Below, one piece after another: positions 40,330 through 49,942 of a DNA stretch of 64,000 nt. Source of the stretch: an uncultured Candidatus Saccharibacteria bacterium. Its GTDB lineage: Bacteria > Patescibacteriota > Minisyncoccia > Phycocordibacterales > UBA9973. Where the stretch lies: positions 29,556 to 93,555 of the forward strand of contig CAYRQJ010000002.1 of assembly GCA_964426555.1 (NCBI GenBank). Reading direction: 5' to 3'. A program made the position numbers and the translations under genes. The first letter of the stretch is position 1. Each line of letters starts with the position of its first letter. Below the pieces are notes generated by a model. It was not told the DNA's origin. It did no database searches and was given only the letters and a program-made list of their open reading frames with translations.

Positions 40330-40461
40330 TTAAAAAACATCTGTCATAATGCCTTTATCGGCATCATCAAGAGCTTTTTGTCCACCAGGAGTTTGAAAGT
40401 ACAGGATTGCTACTGCTATTACAAGCAGTGCGATTGCGATTTTTTTAAGTAAATTTTTCAT
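40330..40461 (-). CDS. Possible small membrane protein (43 aa) MKNLLKKIAIALLVIAVAILYFQTPGGQKALDDADKGIMTDVF
   Basis: Short ORF with one TM helix, below the track threshold. Lies between two terminators. Confidence 0.25.
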   Translation of the reverse strand: MKNLLKKIAIALLVIAVAILYFQTPGGQKALDDADKGIMTDVF

Positions 40462-40532
40462 ATTGTTATATTGAAAATATTATAACACAATATAATTTAT
40501 TAGCAAACATAGTAGGGTAGTGGTGCAATATA

Positions 40533-40560
40533 AAAACCCTTCAGTAAAATGAAGGGTTTT
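40533..40560. terminator. Intrinsic terminator downstream of rpmA
   Basis: aaaacccttcagtaaaatgaagggtttt. Confidence 0.6.
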
Positions 40561-40568
40561 TATATAAA

Positions 40569-40856
40569 CTATTTAGTTGCAGGTAATACTACATGAACTT
40601 GTTTACGAACAGAAGTTGATCCATCGAAATTGTTTTTTCTTTTGTTAGTAAATTTTACTGTACCATCTTTAAGAGCAAACAATGTGTGGTCACGTCCCAT
40701 ACCTATGTTTTCACCAGGAATGATTTTTGTTCCACGTTGACGAATGATGATGTTTCCTGCAATGACTTTTTCTCCAGCGTATTTTTTAGTACCAAGATAC
40801 TTTGGGTTTGAGTCGTTCAGGTTCTTGGCGCTACCGCCGGCTTTTCTATGTGCCAT
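40569..40856 (-). CDS. rpmA: 50S ribosomal protein L27
   Basis: [44 protein letters not shown] is canonical L27. Confidence 0.9.
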   Translation of the reverse strand: MAHRKAGGSAKNLNDSNPKYLGTKKYAGEKVIAGNIIIRQRGTKIIPGENIGMGRDHTLFALKDGTVKFTNKRKNNFDGSTSVRKQVHVVLPATK

Positions 40857-40955
40857 ATAATATAATTAAATTTAAACGAATACTACTAAACATTTCGTAA
40901 TACTGGCAGACAGGCAAGCATACTAGATATTTATATTGTATAATAAGGTAACGGT

Positions 40956-41447
40956 ATGAATATAACAGATATTTGGACTAAAATCAAGAGCTTCTTAAAT
41001 TCGAAGACTGGGGAACTGGTAATCATTTTATTAGTATTAATAGCTTCTAATATTGCTAGCTTCTATATTGGTAAAAATACAGGTAATACCCCAAACAATG
41101 ACAATTCTAGTAGTGAATATGCTCAAATTAAAACTAATGACTATAGTTTAGCTGACCCAGTTTACAAGGCTGGATCTTTTGCTATGGCAGCTTATAAAAG
41201 CTCTAAAACTGCCCCACAAAGCCCTGAAATAGCCCAAAATGGGGAAGTAGCAGTCAATACTACAAATAGCGGGAATATTACCACCAATCCCCGCTATGTA
41301 GCCAGTAAGAATGGCCGGGTCTACTACTATACTTGGTGCTCGGGTGCTAAAAATATTAAAGACGACATGCGTAGATATTTTAATTCTGGGGCTGACGCTA
41401 GGGCAGCGGGATATACACCATCCAAAGCTTGCGCTGGGCTGGATTAG
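40956..41447 (+). CDS. Membrane-anchored protein with C-terminal Ada-like metal-binding domain
   Basis: TM helix (LVIILLVLIASNIASFYI). C-terminus YYYTWCSGAKNIKDDMRRYFNSGADARAAGYTPSKAC resembles the Ada N-terminal Zn-binding module. Confidence 0.4.
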   Translation: MNITDIWTKIKSFLNSKTGELVIILLVLIASNIASFYIGKNTGNTPNNDNSSSEYAQIKTNDYSLADPVYKAGSFAMAAYKSSKTAPQSPEIAQNGEVAVNTTNSGNITTNPRYVASKNGRVYYYTWCSGAKNIKDDMRRYFNSGADARAAGYTPSKACAGLD

Positions 41448-41537
41448 TTATAGTATTGTAGCCACAGGGCTTTATTAGTATAAGCGTCGCACAAGATTTA
41501 TTTTACGACATACCTTATATATAGGCCTGCAAGCTAT

Positions 41538-43373
41538 TTATTCTTTAAAGAAAGCTTCATGCCACAGTTCTAACATATATAATGCAAATAGTTTTCTAGA
41601 TGTATCTGCTGTTCCTGCCTTGTGTATACTTAACAATTTTGCAATTTCTTCTTTTTTTATAAAACTTGATGCAAACTCGCCACCAATTAGTTTTGTTTCA
41701 AATTCAGTTATATCGTTTCTTAGCCAACCAGCTAATGCTGTTGGAAAGCCCAACTTTCGCCTTTTACTGGTACTACGCGGTATAAGCCGTTTAAAGGCCT
41801 GACGCAGTGCATATTTGGTAGTATGGCCCGCAAACTTTAGCCTGTCAGGCAGATGTTTAGCGTACTCTGCTACGCGTACATCTAAGAATGGAACACGAAG
41901 TTCTAATGAATGCGCCATGGTCATTTTATCAGCCTTGGCTAAAATATCACCAATAAGCCAAGTATGAATATCTATATATTGCATTTGCATTGGTTCAGAA
42001 TAATATTTTGCTTTATTAAATAAATATTCAATACTAAAAACTTCATCTATTTTTTTTCCTGCCCAAACTTTTTCTAATTCATCTTTGGTATAAATTTTTG
42101 CATTACCAATGTAACGATCTTTTAGTGGTGTAAAATATCTTATTAAATAATTTTTACCAAAGAATTTAAAGTCACTAAATGCCAAGCGTCGCAAAATATT
42201 GTTACGTATAAATTTAGGAATTACATCTAATTTGCGTCTATCATAATATTCGCGGTATATAGTATATCCACCAAAGAATTCATCAGCACCTTCACCAGAA
42301 AGAACCACGGTGACGTGTTTACGGGCTTCTGCTGACATCATATATAGTAATATTGCTGATGGGTCTGCAACTGGTTCATCAAAATGATACACTGCCCTAC
42401 TTAATACGCTCATGTATTCATTTTTGGATACTTTTACTTCATGATGATTGCTACCTAACATATCACTGGTTTCTTTGGCGGCAGCAAATTCACCACGCTC
42501 CTTAGACCCAATAGTAAATGTGTGAACTTTCTTGTTTAAATGCTTTGTAAGCAATGTTGCATTTATACTACTGTCTATACCACCAGAGAGAAATGACCCT
42601 ACAGGAACTTCGGCTATGGCATGATGTGCTACAGAATCTTTAAGTAAGATTTGTATATCTGCCATTGTGCCAGATAAATTCATATTTTTATCTACAGAAA
42701 AAGAAAAATCATAATATTTAAATACAGTAAATACGCCACTATTTAAATCCACATCCATATAACATCCAGGATTTAATTTATGAATATTTTGAAAAAAAGT
42801 TTCGGTTAATGGGTTGTATTGGTATTGTAAATAAGCATAAATAGCATTTGTGTTTACACGTTTATTATATCTTGGGTCTTTTAAAATAGATTTTATTTCT
42901 GAACCAAAAGAACATAGTTTGTTTTCTTCAGTAAAATAATATAATGGTTTAATACCAAAATGGTCTCGCGCAATAAATAAACTATTTTTTACACTGTCGT
43001 ATATACAAAATACAAACATTCCACGTAAAAATTTAGGAGTATCTGCGCCGTATTCTTCATACATTGCCAAGATAGTTTCAGTATCAGAATTTGTTTTAAA
43101 TTCGTAGTTTGGTAGTAGTTCACTGCGTAGTTCTAAATAGTTATAAATTTCACCATTAAAGAAGATACATTTTGTTTTGTCTTTATTCCATATTGGTTGG
43201 TCACCATGAGCCACGTCAATTATAGCCAAACGGCGCATACCCAGTGCAACATTTTCATTTACAAATGTACCAGCACCATCAGGGCCACGGTGAAATATGG
43301 CATCGTTCATAAGATTTATGATTTTTTCATTTTCAGTTTTATTGTTATTTATATAACCAACTATTCCACACAT
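41538..43373 (-). CDS. asnB: Asparagine synthase (glutamine-hydrolysing) family
   Basis: MCGIVGY (N-terminal nucleophile Cys), SGGIDSS PP-loop. 611 aa. Confidence 0.8.
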   Translation of the reverse strand: MCGIVGYINNNKTENEKIINLMNDAIFHRGPDGAGTFVNENVALGMRRLAIIDVAHGDQPIWNKDKTKCIFFNGEIYNYLELRSELLPNYEFKTNSDTETILAMYEEYGADTPKFLRGMFVFCIYDSVKNSLFIARDHFGIKPLYYFTEENKLCSFGSEIKSILKDPRYNKRVNTNAIYAYLQYQYNPLTETFFQNIHKLNPGCYMDVDLNSGVFTVFKYYDFSFSVDKNMNLSGTMADIQILLKDSVAHHAIAEVPVGSFLSGGIDSSINATLLTKHLNKKVHTFTIGSKERGEFAAAKETSDMLGSNHHEVKVSKNEYMSVLSRAVYHFDEPVADPSAILLYMMSAEARKHVTVVLSGEGADEFFGGYTIYREYYDRRKLDVIPKFIRNNILRRLAFSDFKFFGKNYLIRYFTPLKDRYIGNAKIYTKDELEKVWAGKKIDEVFSIEYLFNKAKYYSEPMQMQYIDIHTWLIGDILAKADKMTMAHSLELRVPFLDVRVAEYAKHLPDRLKFAGHTTKYALRQAFKRLIPRSTSKRRKLGFPTALAGWLRNDITEFETKLIGGEFASSFIKKEEIAKLLSIHKAGTADTSRKLFALYMLELWHEAFFKE

Positions 43374-43481
43374 ATAAGACTATTTTAGCATATTTATATA
43401 TACATTCATAAATTAAATGTAATTAGTTGACAAAAAGCACATTTATGTGTTAATATATAAACAACATTTAAAATATTAGAT

Positions 43482-43742
43482 ATGGGAAACGAACAAAATG
43501 ACAAGATCATTAAAGACAGAACACCTGAAGGGGTCAAAGGTTTAACAACTGAAGTATTGAATGAAGAGTATTTAACAACAAAGAACACGTTGGAAAATAT
43601 TATTTCAGATTGTACTAAAGAGAAAGATAGTATGATTCAAACAATATTATCAATCTATATCCAAGAATTTAAAAATCGTGGATTAAAACTTCCAACAAGA
43701 ATTTCTTCTCCAAACCAAAATTTAGACGGAGACGCTTGTTAG
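43482..43742 (+). CDS. Hypothetical small protein
   Basis: 86-aa ORF preceded by a TTGACA-N17-TTAATA-like promoter and followed by a terminator. Confidence 0.3.
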   Translation: MGNEQNDKIIKDRTPEGVKGLTTEVLNEEYLTTKNTLENIISDCTKEKDSMIQTILSIYIQEFKNRGLKLPTRISSPNQNLDGDAC

Positions 43743-43767
43743 CCCCACCAATTAAAACAAAAAAAAC

Positions 43768-43800
43768 GCCACTTGTATGTTTACAAGTGGTATTTTTTTA
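43768..43800. terminator. Bidirectional intrinsic terminator
   Basis: ccacttgtatgtttacaagtgg followed by tattttttta. Sits between convergent genes. Confidence 0.6.
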
Positions 43801-43815
43801 TTTAATTTTTATATT

Positions 43816-45132
43816 TTAAAGTCTACTTAATGTTTCCGTTTTACCTAATACACTTGATACAGTAAATGGGTCTGGAGATTTAGCTTGACCAGTCAAAGCT
43901 ACGCGCATAGCCCATAGTACATCTCCCCTGCCATGCTCATCCGCATAAACCATTACCTTGTCTTTTATACTTTCTGTATGAAAGTCGTGTTCGTCTATGG
44001 TAGATAAAATATTTTTTATTCCACTTAGAAATTCTTTAATTTTCTCATTCTTATCTTCGCCTAATTTTGTTTTGGGAGATATCAGCAACGCACTATTAAA
44101 TTCAGGTTTATTAAAGAAAAATTCCATTTCTCCATTTTTACCAAATAAATTTTTTACATCACTAAATTTGTTTATATGGTCACGAATAATAAATAAAATA
44201 TTATTTATTATCTTAGAATTTTTAACGTTATCAGGTAAATATGAATTTATATAATTTAAAAATTCAGTGTCTGATAATTTCTTGATATATTCTTTATTAA
44301 ACCAATTTAATTTTTCTTCATTAAATACAGCAGGAGATTTTTGAACTTTTGCTAAATCAAATTCTTTAATAAGTTCATCTTTAGTAAATAATTCTTGTTC
44401 AGTTCCAGGATTCCATCCAACCATAGATACCATGTTTAATATAGCTTCTGGCATATATCCCAAATCTTTATATTCAGTTATTGCTAATGCACCTTTACGT
44501 TTTGAAAGCTTTTGTTTATCTACGCCCAGTACTAAAGGCAAATGAACATATACCGGTGTAGGCGCACCAATTGCACGCTGAATAAGAATTTGTCTTGGAG
44601 TATTTGACACATGATCTTCACCACGAACAACATGAGTTACACCTTCATCCATATCGTCCACTACAACAGCTAAATGAAATAATGGTTCGTTAATATTTTT
44701 AGCAATTACAAAATCACCCAAATCAGCAGTATGCATTGTAACACTACCTTTGATAGCGTCAGTAAATGTTACATCCTCATTGGGATTTTTAAATCTTACT
44801 ATTTCTTTTATTACACCACTACCGTCTTTAGCTTCTTCGTGTGATATATAAGCATGACCAGAATCTATCATTTTTAATAATATTTCTTTATGTCTTGCTA
44901 CGTGTTCAGACTGAATATATTTTTCGTCATATTTAATACCAAGCCATTCTAGAGAATCTAATATATTTTCTTCGTTTTCTTTTGTGGATCTATCTTTGTC
45001 TGTATCTTCAATTCTTAAGATAAATTTACCGCCATTTTTATGGGCAAATAAATAAGCAAAAATAGCCGTACGGTATGCACCGGCATGTAATTTCCCAGTT
45101 GGGCTGGGTGCAAATCTTGTAACTATGTTCAT
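43816..45132 (-). CDS. gltX: Glutamate--tRNA ligase
   Basis: IVTRFAPSPTGKLHAGAYRTAIFAYLFA (HIGH region), KLSKRKG (KMSKS). Confidence 0.8.
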   Translation of the reverse strand: MNIVTRFAPSPTGKLHAGAYRTAIFAYLFAHKNGGKFILRIEDTDKDRSTKENEENILDSLEWLGIKYDEKYIQSEHVARHKEILLKMIDSGHAYISHEEAKDGSGVIKEIVRFKNPNEDVTFTDAIKGSVTMHTADLGDFVIAKNINEPLFHLAVVVDDMDEGVTHVVRGEDHVSNTPRQILIQRAIGAPTPVYVHLPLVLGVDKQKLSKRKGALAITEYKDLGYMPEAILNMVSMVGWNPGTEQELFTKDELIKEFDLAKVQKSPAVFNEEKLNWFNKEYIKKLSDTEFLNYINSYLPDNVKNSKIINNILFIIRDHINKFSDVKNLFGKNGEMEFFFNKPEFNSALLISPKTKLGEDKNEKIKEFLSGIKNILSTIDEHDFHTESIKDKVMVYADEHGRGDVLWAMRVALTGQAKSPDPFTVSSVLGKTETLSRL

Positions 45133-45154
45133 AAAATTAGTATATCACAATCTA

Positions 45155-46963
45155 TTAAATATCCTCTTCTTCGTTATTTTCTTCTTTTATAAAGCCTCCG
45201 GCCTGTAAATCCCATAGCTTTTTATAAATACTGCCACTATTTTGCAATAATTCATCATGACTTCCATCTTCTATAATTTTACCTTTTTCTAAAACTAAAA
45301 TCCGATCCATCATTTTAATAGTTGACAGTCTATGAGCAATAGCAATAACAGTTTTGCCTTTCATTAATTCTTGTAATGCTTCTTGAATTTTTATTTCTGT
45401 TTCAGAATCTAGAGCTGACGTTGCTTCGTCCAGTACTAATATTGGTGCATTTTTAAGAATTGCGCGCGCTATTGCAATACGTTGCCTTTCTCCACCAGAG
45501 AGTTTTACACCACGTTCACCAACTAATGTATCGTAACCATTTGGAAATTTTGAGATAAATTCATGAGCATGGGCTTTTTTTGCAGCTTTAATTATTTCTT
45601 CTTCGGTTGCATCATGTCTACCATAATTTATATTTTCTCTTATGCTGCGATGGAATAATACTGATTCTTGTGGAACAAAACCAATTATTTTATGTAAATC
45701 TTCCTGTCTAAGATTTCTTATGTCATTACCATCAATATTAATACTGCCTTTTTGTACATCAAACAATCTAAATAATAGTTTAACTAAAGTAGTTTTACCT
45801 GCTCCTGATTGTCCAATTAACGCAATCTTTTGACCTTTGCTAATTTCCAAACTAAGATTATCTAAGACTAAATTTTGAGTATCACCTTTGTTATATTCAT
45901 AAGTTATACCGTCAAAATTTATTTCACCTTTTGTTTTCTTTATCTCAACTGGATTTTGCGTATCAGTAATCTCAAACGGGGCTTCCATAATTTCAACAAT
46001 ATCAACCGCATCAACATAAGCTTCACTCATGTCTTTAAAAATTCCACTAATACTCCACATGTCTTCTGATAACTTTTTTATATAAGTATATGCTAAATAG
46101 AAAAAACCAACACTTACTAAATCAAGTTTAAAATAGTACAAACCAAATATAAAAATTAAAATTTCAACAAATACAGTAATTGAAGATTGGAACATAAAAA
46201 ATTTATCATCTCTTGTTGTTCTAATTTTATACAATCCAATTAATCTACTAATTTTACTCCAAGCATTATTTTTTTCTTTACTGAAACCCGTAAAAAGCTG
46301 TACAGTCAGATGATTTGAAAAACTGTCTACATAATCTCCGTTGATTTTTGATTTTAATTTAGATATTTCTTTTCTATTTTCTCTTACATACTGGCTATAC
46401 CAATAATTTGTAGAAATAAATATTACAAACCACACAGTCATTATCAAACCTATCGTTTTATTAAAATAAAATAAAACAATAGTAAACCCAATTGATCTTA
46501 CTAAATTGGGTAATATATCGTTACTGAAATTTTTCCATAAAGTCCCAAAACTATTTCGATATTTGTCTATTTTATGAGCTAATGTACCAGCTGAATTTGA
46601 TACAAAAAAATTATGCGCATGATTTAATATTCTATTATAAGCATCAAAATATAGACTAAATTCTATAGAATTGAACATTTTTCTATGTAGATATGATGTT
46701 ATTCTACGAAGTAAAAATCGTACTAAAATTATAGAAATCACAACCATCAAAACAACGTAAGCTTGATTATATATAACTTGTCTTGATATTGGTTGAGTTA
46801 ATACATCAAAAAACTTTTTAACATATATTGGTGAGATTATTTCAGTAAATGCAGAAATTATCACAAGTGACCAGTACAAAATAATTTTATATTTGTATTC
46901 TTTAGCAATATTCCAATAATTTCGGAGTACATCTCGTAATCCGATTTTTTTATTTGTATTCAT
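45155..46963 (-). CDS. ABC transporter, fused permease/ATPase (MsbA-like exporter)
   Basis: Six N-terminal TM helices. GQSGAGKTTLVKLL, LSGGERQRIAIARA, ILVLDEATSALD. Confidence 0.85.
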   Translation of the reverse strand: MNTNKKIGLRDVLRNYWNIAKEYKYKIILYWSLVIISAFTEIISPIYVKKFFDVLTQPISRQVIYNQAYVVLMVVISIILVRFLLRRITSYLHRKMFNSIEFSLYFDAYNRILNHAHNFFVSNSAGTLAHKIDKYRNSFGTLWKNFSNDILPNLVRSIGFTIVLFYFNKTIGLIMTVWFVIFISTNYWYSQYVRENRKEISKLKSKINGDYVDSFSNHLTVQLFTGFSKEKNNAWSKISRLIGLYKIRTTRDDKFFMFQSSITVFVEILIFIFGLYYFKLDLVSVGFFYLAYTYIKKLSEDMWSISGIFKDMSEAYVDAVDIVEIMEAPFEITDTQNPVEIKKTKGEINFDGITYEYNKGDTQNLVLDNLSLEISKGQKIALIGQSGAGKTTLVKLLFRLFDVQKGSINIDGNDIRNLRQEDLHKIIGFVPQESVLFHRSIRENINYGRHDATEEEIIKAAKKAHAHEFISKFPNGYDTLVGERGVKLSGGERQRIAIARAILKNAPILVLDEATSALDSETEIKIQEALQELMKGKTVIAIAHRLSTIKMMDRILVLEKGKIIEDGSHDELLQNSGSIYKKLWDLQAGGFIKEENNEEEDI

Positions 46964-46974
46964 ATAATTTAACT

Positions 46975-47352
46975 TTATTTTATGGGCATGTCTGAGCGAA
47001 TTTTTTTGAATTCGTTAGATAGTTTTGCCAGCTCTTCTTCAGTAGTATCTTCAAGGTCAATAAAATCGTTACGGGCTGCTTTTATAGAATGGATTAGTTC
47101 GTCTAATTTAAGATGAACAGCCTTAGAATCTCGGTTTTGCATATTTTGAATAAGAAAAACCATTAGAAATGTAATTATAGTTGTACCAGTATTTATAACC
47201 AGTTGCCATGTATCTGAGAAATCAAACATTGGACCAGTCACAAGCCAAATTATTATAACCAATAATGCAGCAGCAAATGCCCAAGGGCTACCTGTATTTT
47301 CGCCTACTTTGTGAGAAATTTTGTGGAATAATTCATTTATATTCATATGCAA
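46975..47352 (-). CDS. Small membrane protein resembling the bacterial low-affinity iron permease (DUF1003-like) family
   Basis: SPWAFAAALLVIIIWLVTGPMFDFSDTWQLVINTGTTIITFLMVFLIQN. Confidence 0.4.
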   Translation of the reverse strand: MHMNINELFHKISHKVGENTGSPWAFAAALLVIIIWLVTGPMFDFSDTWQLVINTGTTIITFLMVFLIQNMQNRDSKAVHLKLDELIHSIKAARNDFIDLEDTTEEELAKLSNEFKKIRSDMPIK

Positions 47353-47470
47353 AATTGTACCATATGTTATAAAAACAGCAAAATTAGTTTAATATTGAAT
47401 TTAATACTTTACCTAATCAAATTATTGCTAAATATAGTTTTTTGTGGTATTTTAAACAAAATAAAAACAT

Positions 47471-47788
47471 ATGGAAAGCGAAATAAATTCTGCTATTGAT
47501 ATGCGGAAAATACAAAATATTGCACAAGCTAATAAAGCTATGGCAATTGTTACCGGCTACTGTATAGCTGAATCTGAAACCCCCCAAAAATCTCACCGCG
47601 GTGATTATTTAGCGGTTAAAAGATGGTTAAGAAACATTGCAACAATTCATGGATATCCTTCATTTCAAGGAAAATGCAGAGAATTATTAAAAAGTTTAGA
47701 ATTAACCTTGCAAAAGGCTAACCACTACAATTCACCACGAACACAAAAATTAAAAAAATATAAATCAAACTTTAAAAATAGGAGGTAA
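47471..47788 (+). CDS. Hypothetical small protein
   Basis: 105 aa, basic C-terminus. Confidence 0.3.
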   Translation: MESEINSAIDMRKIQNIAQANKAMAIVTGYCIAESETPQKSHRGDYLAVKRWLRNIATIHGYPSFQGKCRELLKSLELTLQKANHYNSPRTQKLKKYKSNFKNRR

Positions 47789-47792
47789 AAAA

Positions 47793-48182
47793 ATGACAAC
47801 AACATCAACAATTACAGAAAGAAAAATGAGGACTATAATCGAGTCTGAAAATGAAATTCTTAAACACTACCAAGTTTTTTTTAAAAAACTGGAAAGAAAT
47901 ACATCTTCAACAGAATCTGATTTAAATGATTTCGTAGAGCTTTACAAAAACCATTTGGCGAATTTTCAAATCAGAGCCAGATATTATGCTAATGTATTTT
48001 TCCACCAACACGAAAAACAATACGGATTAGTTGAAAATTCTGAAGCATGGCAAACAGCACAAGAAATAAAAGTAATTGCCGAAGAAAATGTATTGAAATA
48101 TCTGAAAATTGCAAAAGAGGCATTAGATCGCGACTATGAAGAAATAATAAGCAAAATACCAGAAAAACCAGATGAATCCTGA
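47793..48182 (+). CDS. Hypothetical small protein
   Basis: 129 aa. Preceded by aggagg 8 nt upstream, an SD that is rare in this window. Confidence 0.35.
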   Translation: MTTTSTITERKMRTIIESENEILKHYQVFFKKLERNTSSTESDLNDFVELYKNHLANFQIRARYYANVFFHQHEKQYGLVENSEAWQTAQEIKVIAEENVLKYLKIAKEALDRDYEEIISKIPEKPDES

Positions 48183-48202
48183 AAATAAAAAAACAAAAAA
48201 TA

Positions 48203-48228
48203 CACCGGCCCTCGTGCCGGTTTTTTTA
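48203..48228 (+). terminator. Intrinsic terminator
   Basis: caccggc-cctcgt-gccgg followed by ttttttt. Confidence 0.6.
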
Positions 48229-48252
48229 TTATGTATGTGTTATAGTATTTTT

Positions 48253-49377
48253 ATGACAAATTTCAAGATAATTAATTTTATTGTATTCTTTTTAGCCTTT
48301 GGAGGAATATTATTTATAGGCTCTTTTAGTGTTTATAAAACATACACTGCTTTTGGTAATTTCCCTACAATTTTTAATAAAATACTACTAATTTTACTTA
48401 TTGTAATGCCTGTGTTATTTATTGGAACTACTTTAATCAGTATGAAGCAGTACAGCCAAATTAATTCTATTTTTTATACAATTTCATCATCTTGGCTACC
48501 AATATTAGCTTATTTATTCTTGGGATCAATTATTCTCACTATTTTAAATGTGACTATTTCTAGTACAATATTATTCCCTGTTATTTATAAATACACTGTT
48601 TATGGATTACTTTTATTATCTTTTGGTTTAAATGTTTATGGTTTAATTAATTCAAATAATTTTATAATTAAAACAATTAATATTTCAAAAGAAAATGAAT
48701 TATCTGGACCCCTTTATGGTAAAAAAGTTGTTTTATTTGCTGACACACACATTGGTGTAGTTCATAAAAAAAACTTTTTAAATAAAGTAGTAAAGTTAAT
48801 AAACAAACAAAATCCAGATATTGTATTACTTGCCGGAGATTTAATAGATGGACCTAAAATACCATTTAATGATTTCCTATCCCCTATTAAAGATATAAAA
48901 TCAAATATTGGCACATTCTACACTCCCGGAAATCATGAAATTTATTACGGAGACCAAGAAGAAATATATAAATTTACAGACCAATACACCGTTGGTTTAC
49001 GAAACAAAATCACCCAATTAGAAGGTTTCAATATAATTGGTCTTACTTATGATGCTAAAGAAGGCCCAGATGCCACGCTGAACCGTCTATATGCCTCTCA
49101 GTACGATAAAAATACACCAACTATAGTTATTCTTCACGAACCTAAAAATAACAAAACACTGCAAAATGAAGGCGTAGATTTAGTTGTTTCTGGGCATACT
49201 CATGGTGGTCAATTTTGGCCATTTAGCTTACTAGTAAAAGGTATTTACAAAGAATACACTACAGGGCTTGTAATGGTTGGCAATAATGCTTCTATTACAA
49301 CAACCGGTATTGGTACATGGGGTCCAGCAGCACGTATTGGAACAAATCCTGAAATAGTAATTATTAATTTTGAATAA
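48253..49377 (+). CDS. Membrane-bound metallophosphoesterase (calcineurin-like)
   Basis: VVLFADTHIG, LLAGDLIDGP, GNHE, VVSGHTHGGQ. Multiple N-terminal TM helices. Start moved downstream of the terminator hairpin that the track ORF (48172) would translate through. Confidence 0.75.
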   Translation: MTNFKIINFIVFFLAFGGILFIGSFSVYKTYTAFGNFPTIFNKILLILLIVMPVLFIGTTLISMKQYSQINSIFYTISSSWLPILAYLFLGSIILTILNVTISSTILFPVIYKYTVYGLLLLSFGLNVYGLINSNNFIIKTINISKENELSGPLYGKKVVLFADTHIGVVHKKNFLNKVVKLINKQNPDIVLLAGDLIDGPKIPFNDFLSPIKDIKSNIGTFYTPGNHEIYYGDQEEIYKFTDQYTVGLRNKITQLEGFNIIGLTYDAKEGPDATLNRLYASQYDKNTPTIVILHEPKNNKTLQNEGVDLVVSGHTHGGQFWPFSLLVKGIYKEYTTGLVMVGNNASITTTGIGTWGPAARIGTNPEIVIINFE

Positions 49378-49379
49378 TA

Positions 49380-49814
49380 TTATTCAACAATTATTTTAAA
49401 TTTTTTAGTTTTACCAAGAAGATTTATCTCTCCAACATGCTCTCCAAGATTCTTTATATGAAATGGTGTAAACATGTTTTCATTTAATTCTAAATTAGTT
49501 TCTTTAGAAAGTATCGGTAACACATCTTTTATCGTAACAGCTTTAAATAACACACCTTTATTATTTGTGCTAGTTTTTATTACAATCTCTTTACCTTCAA
49601 CTTCTTTTAAGATAGTTTCATTCTTTGCTTTTAGAAAAACGTCTTTAGTTTGATTAGACATTATGCGATCTTTTAATTTTTGTACAGCTTCAGGGGTTGC
49701 AGGAATAGCTAATTTTTGTGGAATAAGAAAATTTCTAGCATAGCCTTCGCCTATGTCTTTGATTTCATCTTTCTTTCCTTGTTTTGGAACGTCTTTTAAA
49801 AAGATAATTTTCAT
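49380..49814 (-). CDS. rplI: 50S ribosomal protein L9
   Basis: [32 protein letters not shown] is canonical L9. Confidence 0.9.
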   Translation of the reverse strand: MKIIFLKDVPKQGKKDEIKDIGEGYARNFLIPQKLAIPATPEAVQKLKDRIMSNQTKDVFLKAKNETILKEVEGKEIVIKTSTNNKGVLFKAVTIKDVLPILSKETNLELNENMFTPFHIKNLGEHVGEINLLGKTKKFKIIVE

Positions 49815-49932
49815 CCCGTTAGAAGCAGATCGCGATCAAATCACGATTTTGCTTAATTATTCTTATAATATTATTTTTATTTAAATTCATAATTCTCCTT
49901 GTACATTAATTGCGATCGCGGCTTCTAACGGG
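49815..49932 (-). repeat. Structured leader cassette, copy B (precedes rplI)
   Basis: Arms cccgttagaagcagatcgcgatc and gcgatcgcggcttctaacggga on plus. Gene-strand end reads ttctaacgggATG. Confidence 0.7.
49819..49890 (-). CDS. Putative leader peptide (uORF) [23 protein letters not shown], with aaggag SD 5 nt upstream
   Basis: Stop TAA lies 4 nt before the rplI ATG. Confidence 0.4.
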   Translation of the reverse strand: MNLNKNNIIRIIKQNRDLIAICF

Positions 49933-49942
49933 ATTCATTCCT

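Noticed and set aside
48172-48252. Upstream extension of the metallophosphoesterase ORF to 48172
   Set aside because: The extension would translate through the GC hairpin plus T-tract terminator at 48203-48228 and overlap the preceding gene. An internal Met at 48253 (or 48235) gives a clean start after the terminator.
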